In this document: piece after piece, positions 16,678 through 25,692 of the stretch
Position numbering within the stretch: position 1 is the first letter of the stretch
Layout: each line of letters starts with the position of its first letter
DNA from: Anaerolineae bacterium
GTDB lineage: Bacteria > Chloroflexota > Anaerolineae > B4-G1 > DUEL01
Assembly: GCA_041082215.1 (NCBI GenBank)
Contig: JBDOIF010000024.1
Coordinates: 1-36,958, forward strand
Direction of reading: 5' to 3'
Length of the DNA: 36,958 bases
Program-made: the position numbers and the translations under genes
Notes under the pieces: generated by a model
What the model saw: only the letters and a program-made list of their open reading frames with translations
What the model was told of the DNA's origin: nothing
Databases searched by the model: none

Positions 16678-18012
16678 ATGCCGGAAGAACAGCACCAGCA
16701 TGGGGAGGCCGGAATCGTCCGGGAGGAGGTTGAGCGGATCATCCGCACGGCGCGGATGCTGGGGGTGGAGGTGGACGAGACCGACGTGGCCCAGTGGCTG
16801 ACGGCGATGGCGGCCGTGCAGGCAGGCGGAGGGTGGGCCGTTGACGAGGAGGCCGGGGTCTATGGCCACCGGGTCACGCTGCTGGACTTTGATCGGGAGA
16901 CGCTGGAGCGGTACCGGCGCATCGCCGACATCGTCCAGCTCCCCGACCGGCCCAACGTGGAGACGGCGGTCAGCCTGGCCGGCAGCGCCGCCCAGGGCCG
17001 CATCCAGAAGTACCCCGGCGACTGCGATTACTTCGAACGGGTCAATATTAAAGCCCCCACCCGCGAGGAGGCCTGCCGCGTCCTCGGCGACCTGATGCGG
17101 GAGAAAGCGCTGGCCTTCTTCAAGGGGCCGAACTATGAACTGATCGAGGTCAAGTTCGGCACCTGGAAGGCCGACGTGGTGAAGGGGGGGCGGCGTATCA
17201 GCGCCGGCTCCCCTATCTCCTGGGAGCCGGAGGAGGTGAAAGCCGGCCGGATGGAGGTGCTCCGGGCGGACGGGGAGCCGTGGACGGTGAAGTGGGAGTA
17301 CGGCTGTCTCGATCCCGGCTGGTGCAAGATGGACTGGGTGATCGCCGAGCCGGAACTCGGCCGGGTGGTCAACGCCAGCAATATGCTGGATGTGACCTGG
17401 GAGACGCCGGAGGGGGAGATCATCCCCCTCGATGGCTTTCTGGACCCCTACTTCCAGGAGGTCTACCTGGAGGCGGAATCGGTGCCGCTGTTTGCCAAGC
17501 TGGCGCAGCGCATCTCCCCCCAGGCGCTGGAGGAGTATGTGCGTCAGTTGACGGCCGAGGTGCGTAAATATACGCGTCAACATGCCAACTACGGCAAGGC
17601 AGCCAAGCGACTCTACAACATTTTCCGCCTCACCGGCAGGCACGAGGCGGCCGCGCTGATCCGGGAGATGTTCGACGAGCCGGCCGCGCTGCTCTACCAG
17701 GTCTGGTCGCTCCTGGATACCATTGAAGACGCGTCCCGCCCGGACTCGTCGCTGGACCGGCAGACAGTGGTTCGGCAGATGGACGAGCTGATCCGGGACG
17801 TGGTCGCCTGCTGTGATGGGCCGCAGGAGACGGAGATGGTGATGACCCTCCTCCGCCTGCGGGACGATTTGACGGGGTGGGACTCGCTGGACGAGGGAAG
17901 GGGAGAGGCGATCGCCGCATCCCGGGCCAGGGTGGAGGAAATGGTCAACGAGTACTTCCGGGAGAAGCTGGTGGCGATACCGGAGGTGGCCGAGTTCCTG
18001 AACGGGCTGTAG
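16678..18012 (+). CDS. Hypothetical protein with a Pol-beta-superfamily nucleotidyltransferase motif
   Basis: ATG 16678 after [20 protein letters not shown] fits hG[G/S]x9-13DhD; helical C-terminal half. Confidence 0.7.
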   Translation: MPEEQHQHGEAGIVREEVERIIRTARMLGVEVDETDVAQWLTAMAAVQAGGGWAVDEEAGVYGHRVTLLDFDRETLERYRRIADIVQLPDRPNVETAVSLAGSAAQGRIQKYPGDCDYFERVNIKAPTREEACRVLGDLMREKALAFFKGPNYELIEVKFGTWKADVVKGGRRISAGSPISWEPEEVKAGRMEVLRADGEPWTVKWEYGCLDPGWCKMDWVIAEPELGRVVNASNMLDVTWETPEGEIIPLDGFLDPYFQEVYLEAESVPLFAKLAQRISPQALEEYVRQLTAEVRKYTRQHANYGKAAKRLYNIFRLTGRHEAAALIREMFDEPAALLYQVWSLLDTIEDASRPDSSLDRQTVVRQMDELIRDVVACCDGPQETEMVMTLLRLRDDLTGWDSLDEGRGEAIAASRARVEEMVNEYFREKLVAIPEVAEFLNGL

Positions 18013-18081
18013 GGAGACACAGGGACGCGGGGGCGCGGAGACACGGGGACACGTCTCCGCGATCTCCGTGTCTCTGTGTCT
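18013..18081. repeat. Octamer repeats (GGAGACAC/GGGGACAC) followed by inverted copies, between convergent genes
   Basis: ggagacac agggacgc gggggcgc ggagacac ggggacac, then gtctccgc..ctccgtgtctctgtgtct; can fold back and may act as a terminator. Confidence 0.7.
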
Positions 18082-18712
18082 ATTTTTTCTTTGGCAAAAA
18101 TGCGCCGACGAGGGCCAGCGCGCATCCCAGCCCGCAGGCTACCACCCCCCACCCCACCCCGACCGGCGCGCCGTACAGCTCGGCGAAGAGGGGGCGCACC
18201 CCGACCAGGGCCGCGATCCCTCCCGTCAGCCCTCCCACCGCCAGCGCCGCGGCCAGCCCGTCCAGCAGGCGGGTCGGGAGGCGGCGGGCCAGAGGGGAGA
18301 GGAGCGCCAGGAGAAAGGCCCCGGCCGCCAGCAGAAGCTGCCCCCGATACTCGGGGTCCCGATGGGCAGTGAGGATGGCCGGGTAGGGCGGGAGCGCGAG
18401 CAACGCGACCAGCGCCGCGGCAGCGGGACAGAGCCAGCGGACGGCGCGGGCAGGCCGACCGCAAAAGGCCGGCGCCAGCGCCAGCAGCAGCGCAGAGGTC
18501 AGCAGCGGCAGCAGAAACCCCTCCCGGAACAGAGGAACCGCACCGGCACGGACCTCCGGGAAGAATTTGGAGACCTCGAAGAGGTCGAACCCTCCGACCG
18601 TCAGGCCGGCCGCCCGGTGGGGGATCCACGGGGCCACGGCCCCCACCCCTCCCAGCATCGCCCCCACCGCCAGCAGGGCCGAAGCCATACTTCTGGACTT
18701 TTTCCCCTGCAC
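18080..18712 (-). CDS. Hypothetical integral membrane protein
   Basis: About 6 hydrophobic helices; GGAGG SD; upstream TTGCGA-N16-TATAAT (18776-18749). Confidence 0.75.
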   Translation of the reverse strand: MQGKKSRSMASALLAVGAMLGGVGAVAPWIPHRAAGLTVGGFDLFEVSKFFPEVRAGAVPLFREGFLLPLLTSALLLALAPAFCGRPARAVRWLCPAAAALVALLALPPYPAILTAHRDPEYRGQLLLAAGAFLLALLSPLARRLPTRLLDGLAAALAVGGLTGGIAALVGVRPLFAELYGAPVGVGWGVVACGLGCALALVGAFLPKKK

Positions 18713-18804
18713 TCTTTCCTCCAGCCCGAGAAGCTGGAACGCACCGTGATTATACCGGAAGACAGTGCAATCGCAAACGCCTGCCGGGACGGGTTACTCC
18801 TCTA

Positions 18805-18831
18805 TTGACAAAGCGCTATTTATGGTATAAT
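18805..18831 (+). promoter_or_regulatory. Putative promoter of the extracellular nuclease gene
   Basis: TTGACA, 15 nt, TATAAT, with an extended -10 (TGnTATAAT); the spacer is short. Confidence 0.6.
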
Positions 18832-18902
18832 AGAAAATATAAAGCAGTCCCTATCCAGGCGGGGAAAAGGGGACTCATCAACGCGGAAGAAAGGAGGGCA
18901 AC

Positions 18903-21900
18903 ATGGCAGCCAGGACTGCAGGCTTTTCAATTGTTTCTGCACTTTTGATCGTACTCCTCACCGTCGTCCCCTCACAGGCTGTGCCGATCCCCCCACCACC
19001 GCCCCCGCTGATCAACGAGTTCGTCTTTAACCACGTCGGGACCGATACCCACGAGTTCGTCGAGCTGTTCGGCGCTCCCAGCACCGACTACTCCAGCTTT
19101 GCCATCCTCCAGGTCGAGGGGGACGACAGCGGCGCCGGGACGGTGGATACCGTCTTCTCTGTGAGCAGCACCGACGCTGGCGGCTTCTGGACAACCGGCT
19201 TCCTCAACAATGTCCTGGAGAACGGCACCGTGACGCTCCTGCTGGTGGAAGGCTTCACCGGCAGCACGGGGATGGACCTGGATGCGGATAACGACGGCGT
19301 ACTCGACCTTGCCCCCTGGGCGCGCATTGTGGACGACGTGGCCGTCACCGACGGCGGGAGCAACGACCGCACCTACTCCGCCGTGACGCTTGGCCCCGGC
19401 TTCGACGGAGTTTCCTATACCCCCGGCGGCGCATCCCGCATCCCCAACGGCTCCGACACCGACACGATAGCCGACTGGATGCGCAACGACTTCGACGGGG
19501 CCGGCCTGCCCGGATTCACCGGCACCCCCGAGACCGGCGAGGCGCTGAACACCCCCGGCGCGGCCAACGCCGGGGCAACCCCGCCAGGCCCGGAGGAGGT
19601 CCCCATCCACGATATCCAGTACACCGACGACCCCTCAGGCGCTTCCCCCTATGAGGGCCAGACCGTCACCACCTGGGGCATCGTCACCGCCATCTTTTTC
19701 GACGGCAGCGTCCACATCTTCATCCAGGACGGGGCCGGGCCATGGAGCGGCCTCTTCCTCTACGAGCCGGTCAGGTACGTGCCGGATAGAGTCCTGCACC
19801 CGGGGGATCGGGTGGAGGTGACCGGCCAGGTGAGCGAGTACTACGGCCTGACGGAGATCGCCGGGGGTGAGGTGACGGTCCTCTCCAGCGGCAACCCGCT
19901 GCCCGACCCCGTCGTTCTCCCTACAGGCGGGGTGGCCCAGGAGCAGTGGGAGTCCGTCCTGGTCCGTGTGGAGGGCGTCCTGGTGACGGACCCGGACCTG
20001 GGTTACGGTGAGTGGCTGGTGGACGACGGCTCCGGCGGGGTGCGGGTGGACGATATGGGCGATTACACGTACATCCCCGGCGCAGGTGACCGCCTGGACT
20101 TTGTCCAGGGGCCGCTCTACTACTCCTATGGCGACTTCAAGATCGAACCCCGCAGCAACGACGACATCGGCGTCGCCCCACCGCTGGTCTCCATCTGCCA
20201 GATCCAGGGCAGCGGCTTTGCCTCCCCTTACGTCGGCCAGACCGTCCGCACCCAGGGGCTGGTCTTTGCCGACCTCGACCAGACCGGCAAGCGGGGCTTC
20301 TTCATCCAGGCCCCCAACTGCGATGGCGACCCCACCACCTCCGACGGCATCTTTGTCTACAAAGGGAACCGGACGAACGTGGTGAGGACGGGTGACCTGG
20401 TGGAGGTGCGGGGCGTGGTGCAGGAGTATTACGATCTCACCGAGATCAGCACCCGCCTGAGCGACATCACCATCCTTTCCAGCGGCAACCTCCTCCCCGA
20501 GCCGCTGGATCTCAACCCACCGTTCGACAATGCCAGCGCGCGCGCCTATCTGGAGTCACTGGAGGGGATGTACGTCCGGATGGACGACGCCCTGGTGGTC
20601 GGCCCTACCAGCTACTATGATGAGACCTGGGTGGTGCGGAGCGACCTGGGGCTGAAGCGGGTCTTCCAGGACGACCCGGCCGGCACCGGCGAGGTCGTCG
20701 GCGTGGACGACGAGGGCCTTTTTGAGATCACCCCCGAGGCGAAGGTGGGCGATCGGGTGCTGGGGCTGGTCGGCGCGCTGGATTACACCTTCGGCGCCTA
20801 CAAGATGCAGCTTCTGGCTGCGCCTTCCCTCCTCCCCGCCCCTGATCCGCCCAGGAGGGGGGATGTGGACGGAGACGGCGACCTGGACCTGGACGACCTG
20901 CGGATCATCCACAGCTATCTGGGGAAGAAGGTCCCCCCCGCGCCCGAGCGCGCTGACCTGAACGGAGACGGGCGGATCACCGGCCTGGACATCGTCATCT
21001 TCCTCCGGCTGTGGCGACAGACGCTCCTTGCACCGACGGAGTTCAGCGTCGCCACCTTCAACCTGGAGAACCTCTTCGATACAGTGGATGATCCGGATAG
21101 GGACGATCCGGTGCTCTCTGCCGACGAATACGAGCTGAAACTGGATAAGCTGGCCGAGGCGATCCACGACGAGCTGGGGGAGCCGACGCTCATCGGCGTG
21201 CAGGAGGCGGAAAACCTGGCGGTGCTTGCCGACCTGGCGGCCCGCCCCGAGATCGAGGCCGAGTACAGTGCTGTGCTGGTGGACGGCCCCGACAGCCGCG
21301 GCATTGACGTGGGGCTGCTCTACCGCACCGACCGGGCCACCGTCCTAGGCTATGAGGCCCGGCAGGGCTGCACCACCCTGGTGGATGGCCTCGGGCCGGA
21401 CGGGAACGGGAACCCCCAGAATCCGGTCAACGAGATCACCTGTGATAGCGATGGAGACGGCGTACTGGATGGAAACCGGCTCTTCTCCCGTCCGCCGCTG
21501 GTGGTGCATCTGAAGGTCCGCAGTGGCTATCGGCACTGGGGTCACGGTCGGGAGCAGGAGCTGTGGCTCATCGTCAACCACTTTAAGTCGAAGAGCGAGG
21601 ATACCCCCGACGTCCAGTACACCCTGCCCCGGCGGATCGAGCAGGCCCGGTTCGTGGCCGGGCTGGTCGAGGAGATCCTGGACGCCGACCCGCAGGCCGA
21701 TGTGATCGTGCTGGGCGACCTGAACGATTACCCGGACTCCGAACCGCTGGCGGTCCTTGCCAGCGCCGGCCTGAGCGACCTGCTTCTGGAAGTGGACAGA
21801 CCGGAGCGGTATACGTACATCCACCAGGGGGTGTCGGGGGTGCTGGACCACGTGCTGATCAGTCGCGACCTGAAGTGGGAGTTCCAGAGCGCGGCTCCGG

Positions 21901-22007
21901 TGCACATCAACGCCGACTACCCCAGCGCCTGTGAGGACCTTGCCGATACGGCCCGTCGCAGCTCCGACCACGATCCGGTGGTCGTCCGTTTCCGGATGGG
22001 CCACTGA
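18903..22007 (+). CDS. Secreted ExeM/NucH-like endonuclease (lamin-tail-like domain, OB folds, dockerin-like insert, EEP catalytic domain)
   Basis: Signal peptide; LINEF..EFVEL; IHDIQ and ICQIQG OB repeats; ATFNLENLFD, GVQEAEN, VNHFKSK, GDLND, LDHVL, SDHDPV. Confidence 0.92.
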   Translation: MAARTAGFSIVSALLIVLLTVVPSQAVPIPPPPPPLINEFVFNHVGTDTHEFVELFGAPSTDYSSFAILQVEGDDSGAGTVDTVFSVSSTDAGGFWTTGFLNNVLENGTVTLLLVEGFTGSTGMDLDADNDGVLDLAPWARIVDDVAVTDGGSNDRTYSAVTLGPGFDGVSYTPGGASRIPNGSDTDTIADWMRNDFDGAGLPGFTGTPETGEALNTPGAANAGATPPGPEEVPIHDIQYTDDPSGASPYEGQTVTTWGIVTAIFFDGSVHIFIQDGAGPWSGLFLYEPVRYVPDRVLHPGDRVEVTGQVSEYYGLTEIAGGEVTVLSSGNPLPDPVVLPTGGVAQEQWESVLVRVEGVLVTDPDLGYGEWLVDDGSGGVRVDDMGDYTYIPGAGDRLDFVQGPLYYSYGDFKIEPRSNDDIGVAPPLVSICQIQGSGFASPYVGQTVRTQGLVFADLDQTGKRGFFIQAPNCDGDPTTSDGIFVYKGNRTNVVRTGDLVEVRGVVQEYYDLTEISTRLSDITILSSGNLLPEPLDLNPPFDNASARAYLESLEGMYVRMDDALVVGPTSYYDETWVVRSDLGLKRVFQDDPAGTGEVVGVDDEGLFEITPEAKVGDRVLGLVGALDYTFGAYKMQLLAAPSLLPAPDPPRRGDVDGDGDLDLDDLRIIHSYLGKKVPPAPERADLNGDGRITGLDIVIFLRLWRQTLLAPTEFSVATFNLENLFDTVDDPDRDDPVLSADEYELKLDKLAEAIHDELGEPTLIGVQEAENLAVLADLAARPEIEAEYSAVLVDGPDSRGIDVGLLYRTDRATVLGYEARQGCTTLVDGLGPDGNGNPQNPVNEITCDSDGDGVLDGNRLFSRPPLVVHLKVRSGYRHWGHGREQELWLIVNHFKSKSEDTPDVQYTLPRRIEQARFVAGLVEEILDADPQADVIVLGDLNDYPDSEPLAVLASAGLSDLLLEVDRPERYTYIHQGVSGVLDHVLISRDLKWEFQSAAPVHINADYPSACEDLADTARRSSDHDPVVVRFRMGH

Positions 22008-22029
22008 TGCCCCTGGCATAGCAGCAACA

Positions 22030-22069
22030 GGAGGGGGCCTGCCATCCCTGGACAGGGCCCCCTCTCTTT
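22030..22069 (+). terminator. Probable terminator hairpin after the nuclease gene
   Basis: GAGGGGGCCTG...CAGGGCCCCCTC followed by TCTTTG. Confidence 0.6.
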
Positions 22070-22101
22070 GTTGTATTTCTGCGTTCCTGCGTCTCAGTGT
22101 C

Positions 22102-22911
22102 TCAGCGCCGTCCTGTCCACTCCTCCGCGCCGTACTTCTCCTCCTGTAACCTGCGGGCGACCTCCTGCTCCCAGGCCGTCAGCCCCCCTGGCTCCAGGCG
22201 CAGGTTGAGGGCGCGGGCAAATCCTTCCGCCATCGCTTCGGCCGCTTCCTCCCAGGAGACCCGACGGCCCAGGACGGCCTCCAGCGTGGTGGCACGAGCG
22301 CGCACCCGGAGGGGATCGGCCGGTGGGATCAGGAAGGGGCAGATGCGGGCGATGTCCCCCCAGAGCGGGACCGCGCCGTGCTGCAGGAGGGCTCCTCGCC
22401 CCCGCATCTGGGCGCTCCCGACCAGTTTGCGTCCTCCCACCGTGATCTCGAAGAGCGCCGGCGCCTCAAAGCAGACCGGTCCGGCGGCGGGCAGGTGCTG
22501 TTTGCTCTGGTGGGCAGCCGCGTTACCTATTCCCAGGAGCCGGAGCGCCTCCAGCAGCCCCTGGCTGAGCTGTTCGCAACTGGTCAACACATCGCCGCGG
22601 ACGCGGGGGTCCCTTAGCGGCGCGGCCACGCTGTAGGTCAGCTCGTCGGTGTGGAGGATGGCCCGCCCGCCGGTAGGCCGCCGGACCAGGCCATACCCTG
22701 CTGCCCTGAGCGCCTCCCGGTTCACCTCCCTCACCGACTGGTGGCGGCCCAGCGATAGGCACGGGGGCTCCCAGGCGTACAGCCGAAGCGTGGGCAAGGA
22801 CCGCCCCCCGGCCACGGCCTGCCAGATTGCCTCGTCCACTGCCATCTGGAAGGGGCCATCGGCCGGCGCGGTGTAGATCAGGCGCCAGGTAGCGTGGGGA
22901 TAGGAGGCCAT
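22102..22911 (-). CDS. Lipoate-protein ligase A / LipM-type octanoyltransferase
   Basis: MAVDEAI, TLRLYAW..CLSLGRHQ, VRRPTGGRAILH, KLVGSAQ, LQHG. ATG 22911 lies just below a -10 box (near-leaderless). Confidence 0.93.
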   Translation of the reverse strand: MASYPHATWRLIYTAPADGPFQMAVDEAIWQAVAGGRSLPTLRLYAWEPPCLSLGRHQSVREVNREALRAAGYGLVRRPTGGRAILHTDELTYSVAAPLRDPRVRGDVLTSCEQLSQGLLEALRLLGIGNAAAHQSKQHLPAAGPVCFEAPALFEITVGGRKLVGSAQMRGRGALLQHGAVPLWGDIARICPFLIPPADPLRVRARATTLEAVLGRRVSWEEAAEAMAEGFARALNLRLEPGGLTAWEQEVARRLQEEKYGAEEWTGRR

Positions 22912-22919
22912 CGGATTGG

Positions 22920-22948
22920 ATTGTAACATCCGCTTCGGGAATGCGCAA
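22920..22948 (-). promoter_or_regulatory. Putative promoter of the lipoate ligase gene
   Basis: Minus strand TTGCGC, 17 nt, TACAAT. Confidence 0.55.
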
Positions 22949-23084
22949 GATACAGCGAACAGGAGGGATCCCTGCCCTATTCGCGGCATTCGCTTCCATT
23001 CGCGCCATTCGTGTTTCCCCAGGTCCGGCCCGGGCCATGGACATCTCGCCCCCAGACTGAGATACTCCTACTCGGCTGAGCCTG

Positions 23085-23112
23085 TTGACTTCGCCCCGCA
23101 TCGGGTTATAAT
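23085..23112 (+). promoter_or_regulatory. Putative promoter upstream of the 151-aa ORF and radical SAM gene
   Basis: TTGACT, 16 nt, TATAAT. Confidence 0.65.
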
Positions 23113-23121
23113 AAGGATACT

Positions 23122-23577
23122 ATGCCTTATCCCCAACTCCCCCCAGGCCTTGTCTCCGGGATCGCCGGGAACCTCCGATCCCTTCTCACACTGCCGGTAC
23201 TGACCGGGCTTTCCAGCGCCGTCGGCACACGTGCCGATCGCTCCCGGGCCCAGGCCTGCGCGATGCTGGCAGCCGGGCAGCGGCAGCTCCGCCGTATCCT
23301 CTCCCAGGTCCCCAGCCTGCGCCTGCCGGTGAAGCTCCCCCCCCGACCTCCTGCAGGCAGGTCCCCAGAGAAGCGCCCGGAGGGCCTCGAGGAGGGTTTC
23401 ATCCGGGCATTCCTCGAGTTCTGGATTGGACTGATCCTTCTTCTGGTCAGCAGATATAGTCTCAGCCTTCCCCACCTGCCGGGTCGGGGTGGCGCCCGGC
23501 GAGGACCACCTGCTCCCTATCTCACCCCTCAGTTGCTCCTTTCCCCTCTCCTCTGTTTTTCCCTCCGTTCCGTTTAA
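23122..23577 (+). CDS. Possible hypothetical protein (151 aa)
   Basis: ATG 9 nt after TATAAT; fills the intergenic gap; one hydrophobic segment; no recognisable motif. Confidence 0.4.
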   Translation: MPYPQLPPGLVSGIAGNLRSLLTLPVLTGLSSAVGTRADRSRAQACAMLAAGQRQLRRILSQVPSLRLPVKLPPRPPAGRSPEKRPEGLEEGFIRAFLEFWIGLILLLVSRYSLSLPHLPGRGGARRGPPAPYLTPQLLLSPLLCFSLRSV

Positions 23578-23648
23578 CCCTGCTCTTCCTGTCCAGTTTC
23601 CGCATATAGAACTGCGGATAGATGCTTTATTGCAAAGGAGGGAAAAAC

Positions 23649-25247
23649 ATGAAGGTCCGATTGATCGAGCTGAAAGCTCCCGGATTGAACGTTTTCGACC
23701 GGGCGCGGCTGCCCCGTCTGGGCCTCCCGCTGCTGGGTCAGCTCCTGGCCGGGCGGGGCCACGACGTGCGCATCTATGTGGAGACGCTGGCGCCGGTCAA
23801 CTGGGAGGATGTGGGGGGGGCCGACCTGGTCGGCTTTTCGGCCCTTACAACAACCGCGCCCGCCACCTACAGGATGGCCGACCGGCTCCGCTCCTCCGGC
23901 ATCCCGACCGTCATCGGGGGACCCCACGTTACCTTCGTGCCGGAGGAAGGGCTGGCCCACTCCGACTTCGTCGTGCGCGGGGAGGGGCAGTTCACCCTCC
24001 TGGAACTGGTGGAAGCGCTGGAAGGGGGAACCGGCTTCCAGGAGATCGCCGGTCTTTCCTACCACGACGCGGACGGTGAGGCCTGTCACAACCCTGATCG
24101 GCCCCCCTCCTCTCAGGAAGCCTTCGTCGCCCTCCCCTCTCCAGCCCTGCACCTGATCGTGGGCCACGAGCGGATGACCAACGTACCGATCATGACCCAG
24201 TGGGGATGCCCCTATAACTGCGACTTCTGCTCCGTCATCCGCATGTTCGGCCGTCGGGTCCGTGCCCGCCCCATCGAAGCTGTGCTGGATGAACTGGAGC
24301 AGTACCGGGGGCGGGGATCGGTCTTCTTCTATGACGACAACTTCGTCGTAGATAAAGAGCGGACCCGCGCCCTGCTGACGGAGATGATCCGGCGTGGCCT
24401 GACCCCCTCCTGGTCGGCCCAGATGCGGGCGGATGCGGTCTACAGGGACCGCCAGAGCCGGGAGCTGGACCGGGAGCTTCTGGAGCTGATGCGGGAGGCG
24501 GGTTGCACAATGGTCTACTGCGGCTTCGAATCGGTCAACCCGGCCACGCTTGAGGCCTACAACAAACGCCAGGAAGTGGGCGACATCCTCGAGAGCGTGC
24601 GCGCCTTCCACGCCTACGGCATCCACGTGCACGGCATGTTTGTGCTGGGTGCGGATACCGACGACAGGGGCATCTTCCGACGGACCGTGGACTTCGCCCT
24701 TCAGAACGAGATAGATACCGTCCAGTTCCTCATGCTCACTCCATCCCCCGGCACTCCGTTCTACGAGCGCATCGCCTCCCAGGGCCGGCTGCTCACCGAC
24801 GACTGGAGCCTCTACGACGGCCACCACTGCGTCATCCGGCCGGCGCTGATGTCCCCCTACGAGCTTCAGATGGGGACCATACAGGCGATGGCCCGCTTCT
24901 ACTCCGTCCGCCGCGCGTTGCGGATGCTGGCTGCCAACATCACCCGGAGCTTCCCCTTCCTGATCACTCTGCTGTGGCGGGAGCGCACGCTGCGGTTCCG
25001 GCTCCCCCGTGTGGCATTGCTCTCCCTTCTCCCACCTCGCTGGCCAGACGTGCGGAGGATCCTGCGGGAAGCGGTGTCCAGTGAGACGTGGAAGCGGCTG
25101 CAGGAGATGGTGATGGTGCCCGCGCTGCGCCTCTATGGATGGATGCATATCCGGGCCTGGAAACGGCAGGCGCGGGAGCGGACCTTCCTCCAGGCCCTCC
25201 GCCGCCTGAGCCTGCGCTCGTCGGGCCAGGCGACTTCCAGACCGTGA
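23649..25247 (+). CDS. B12-binding-domain radical SAM protein
   Basis: [33 protein letters not shown]; CxxxCxxC motif GCPYNCDFC; FYDDNF; GFES. Confidence 0.93.
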   Translation: MKVRLIELKAPGLNVFDRARLPRLGLPLLGQLLAGRGHDVRIYVETLAPVNWEDVGGADLVGFSALTTTAPATYRMADRLRSSGIPTVIGGPHVTFVPEEGLAHSDFVVRGEGQFTLLELVEALEGGTGFQEIAGLSYHDADGEACHNPDRPPSSQEAFVALPSPALHLIVGHERMTNVPIMTQWGCPYNCDFCSVIRMFGRRVRARPIEAVLDELEQYRGRGSVFFYDDNFVVDKERTRALLTEMIRRGLTPSWSAQMRADAVYRDRQSRELDRELLELMREAGCTMVYCGFESVNPATLEAYNKRQEVGDILESVRAFHAYGIHVHGMFVLGADTDDRGIFRRTVDFALQNEIDTVQFLMLTPSPGTPFYERIASQGRLLTDDWSLYDGHHCVIRPALMSPYELQMGTIQAMARFYSVRRALRMLAANITRSFPFLITLLWRERTLRFRLPRVALLSLLPPRWPDVRRILREAVSSETWKRLQEMVMVPALRLYGWMHIRAWKRQARERTFLQALRRLSLRSSGQATSRP

Positions 25248-25251
25248 CCGT

Positions 25252-25692
25252 ATGATGGGGAAGAACTGGCGCAGGAGGGACCGGCCGTCCTGCCCCCCGA
25301 TCCGGGGGAGGACCCCTTCCCTCCTGCGCTGGCTGCCGGCCCTGGCCTGGATGGGGGTGATCTTCTATCTCTCGGCCCGCCCCGACCTCCCCTCTCCCCC
25401 TGAACCCTGGCTGGATATGCTGCTGGAAAAGGCTGGCCACGCTGCCGTTTACGGCGTGCTGGCCTGGCTCTACCTCTACGCTCTGCGGGGAGACCGCCCT
25501 GCCACCGACCGGCTCCGTCTCCTCAGCCTGGCCCTGGCGGCCGCCTATGGCCTTTCCGATGAGTTTCACCAGGCCTTCGTGCCCGGGAGGGATCCGTCGG
25601 TGGCGGACCTGCTCACAGATGTGGTGGGAGCAGCTCTGGCGCTGGCCCTGGAGCGTCGGGCGGCGCGGCTTCCGGCTCCTTCCCCTCGATAA
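25252..25692 (+). CDS. VanZ family membrane protein
   Basis: WMGVIFYLS, KAGHAAVYGVLA, YGLSDEFHQAFVPGR..SVADLLTD. Confidence 0.9.
   Translation: MMGKNWRRRDRPSCPPIRGRTPSLLRWLPALAWMGVIFYLSARPDLPSPPEPWLDMLLEKAGHAAVYGVLAWLYLYALRGDRPATDRLRLLSLALAAAYGLSDEFHQAFVPGRDPSVADLLTDVVGAALALALERRAARLPAPSPR

Noticed and set aside
23574..25148. Long antisense ORFs (for example 23574-25148, 26711-28114, 29434-30834, 31268-33022, 5651-6970, 34036-35745)
   Set aside because: Shadow or alternative-frame ORFs of well-supported genes, expected in high-GC DNA, with no protein motifs.
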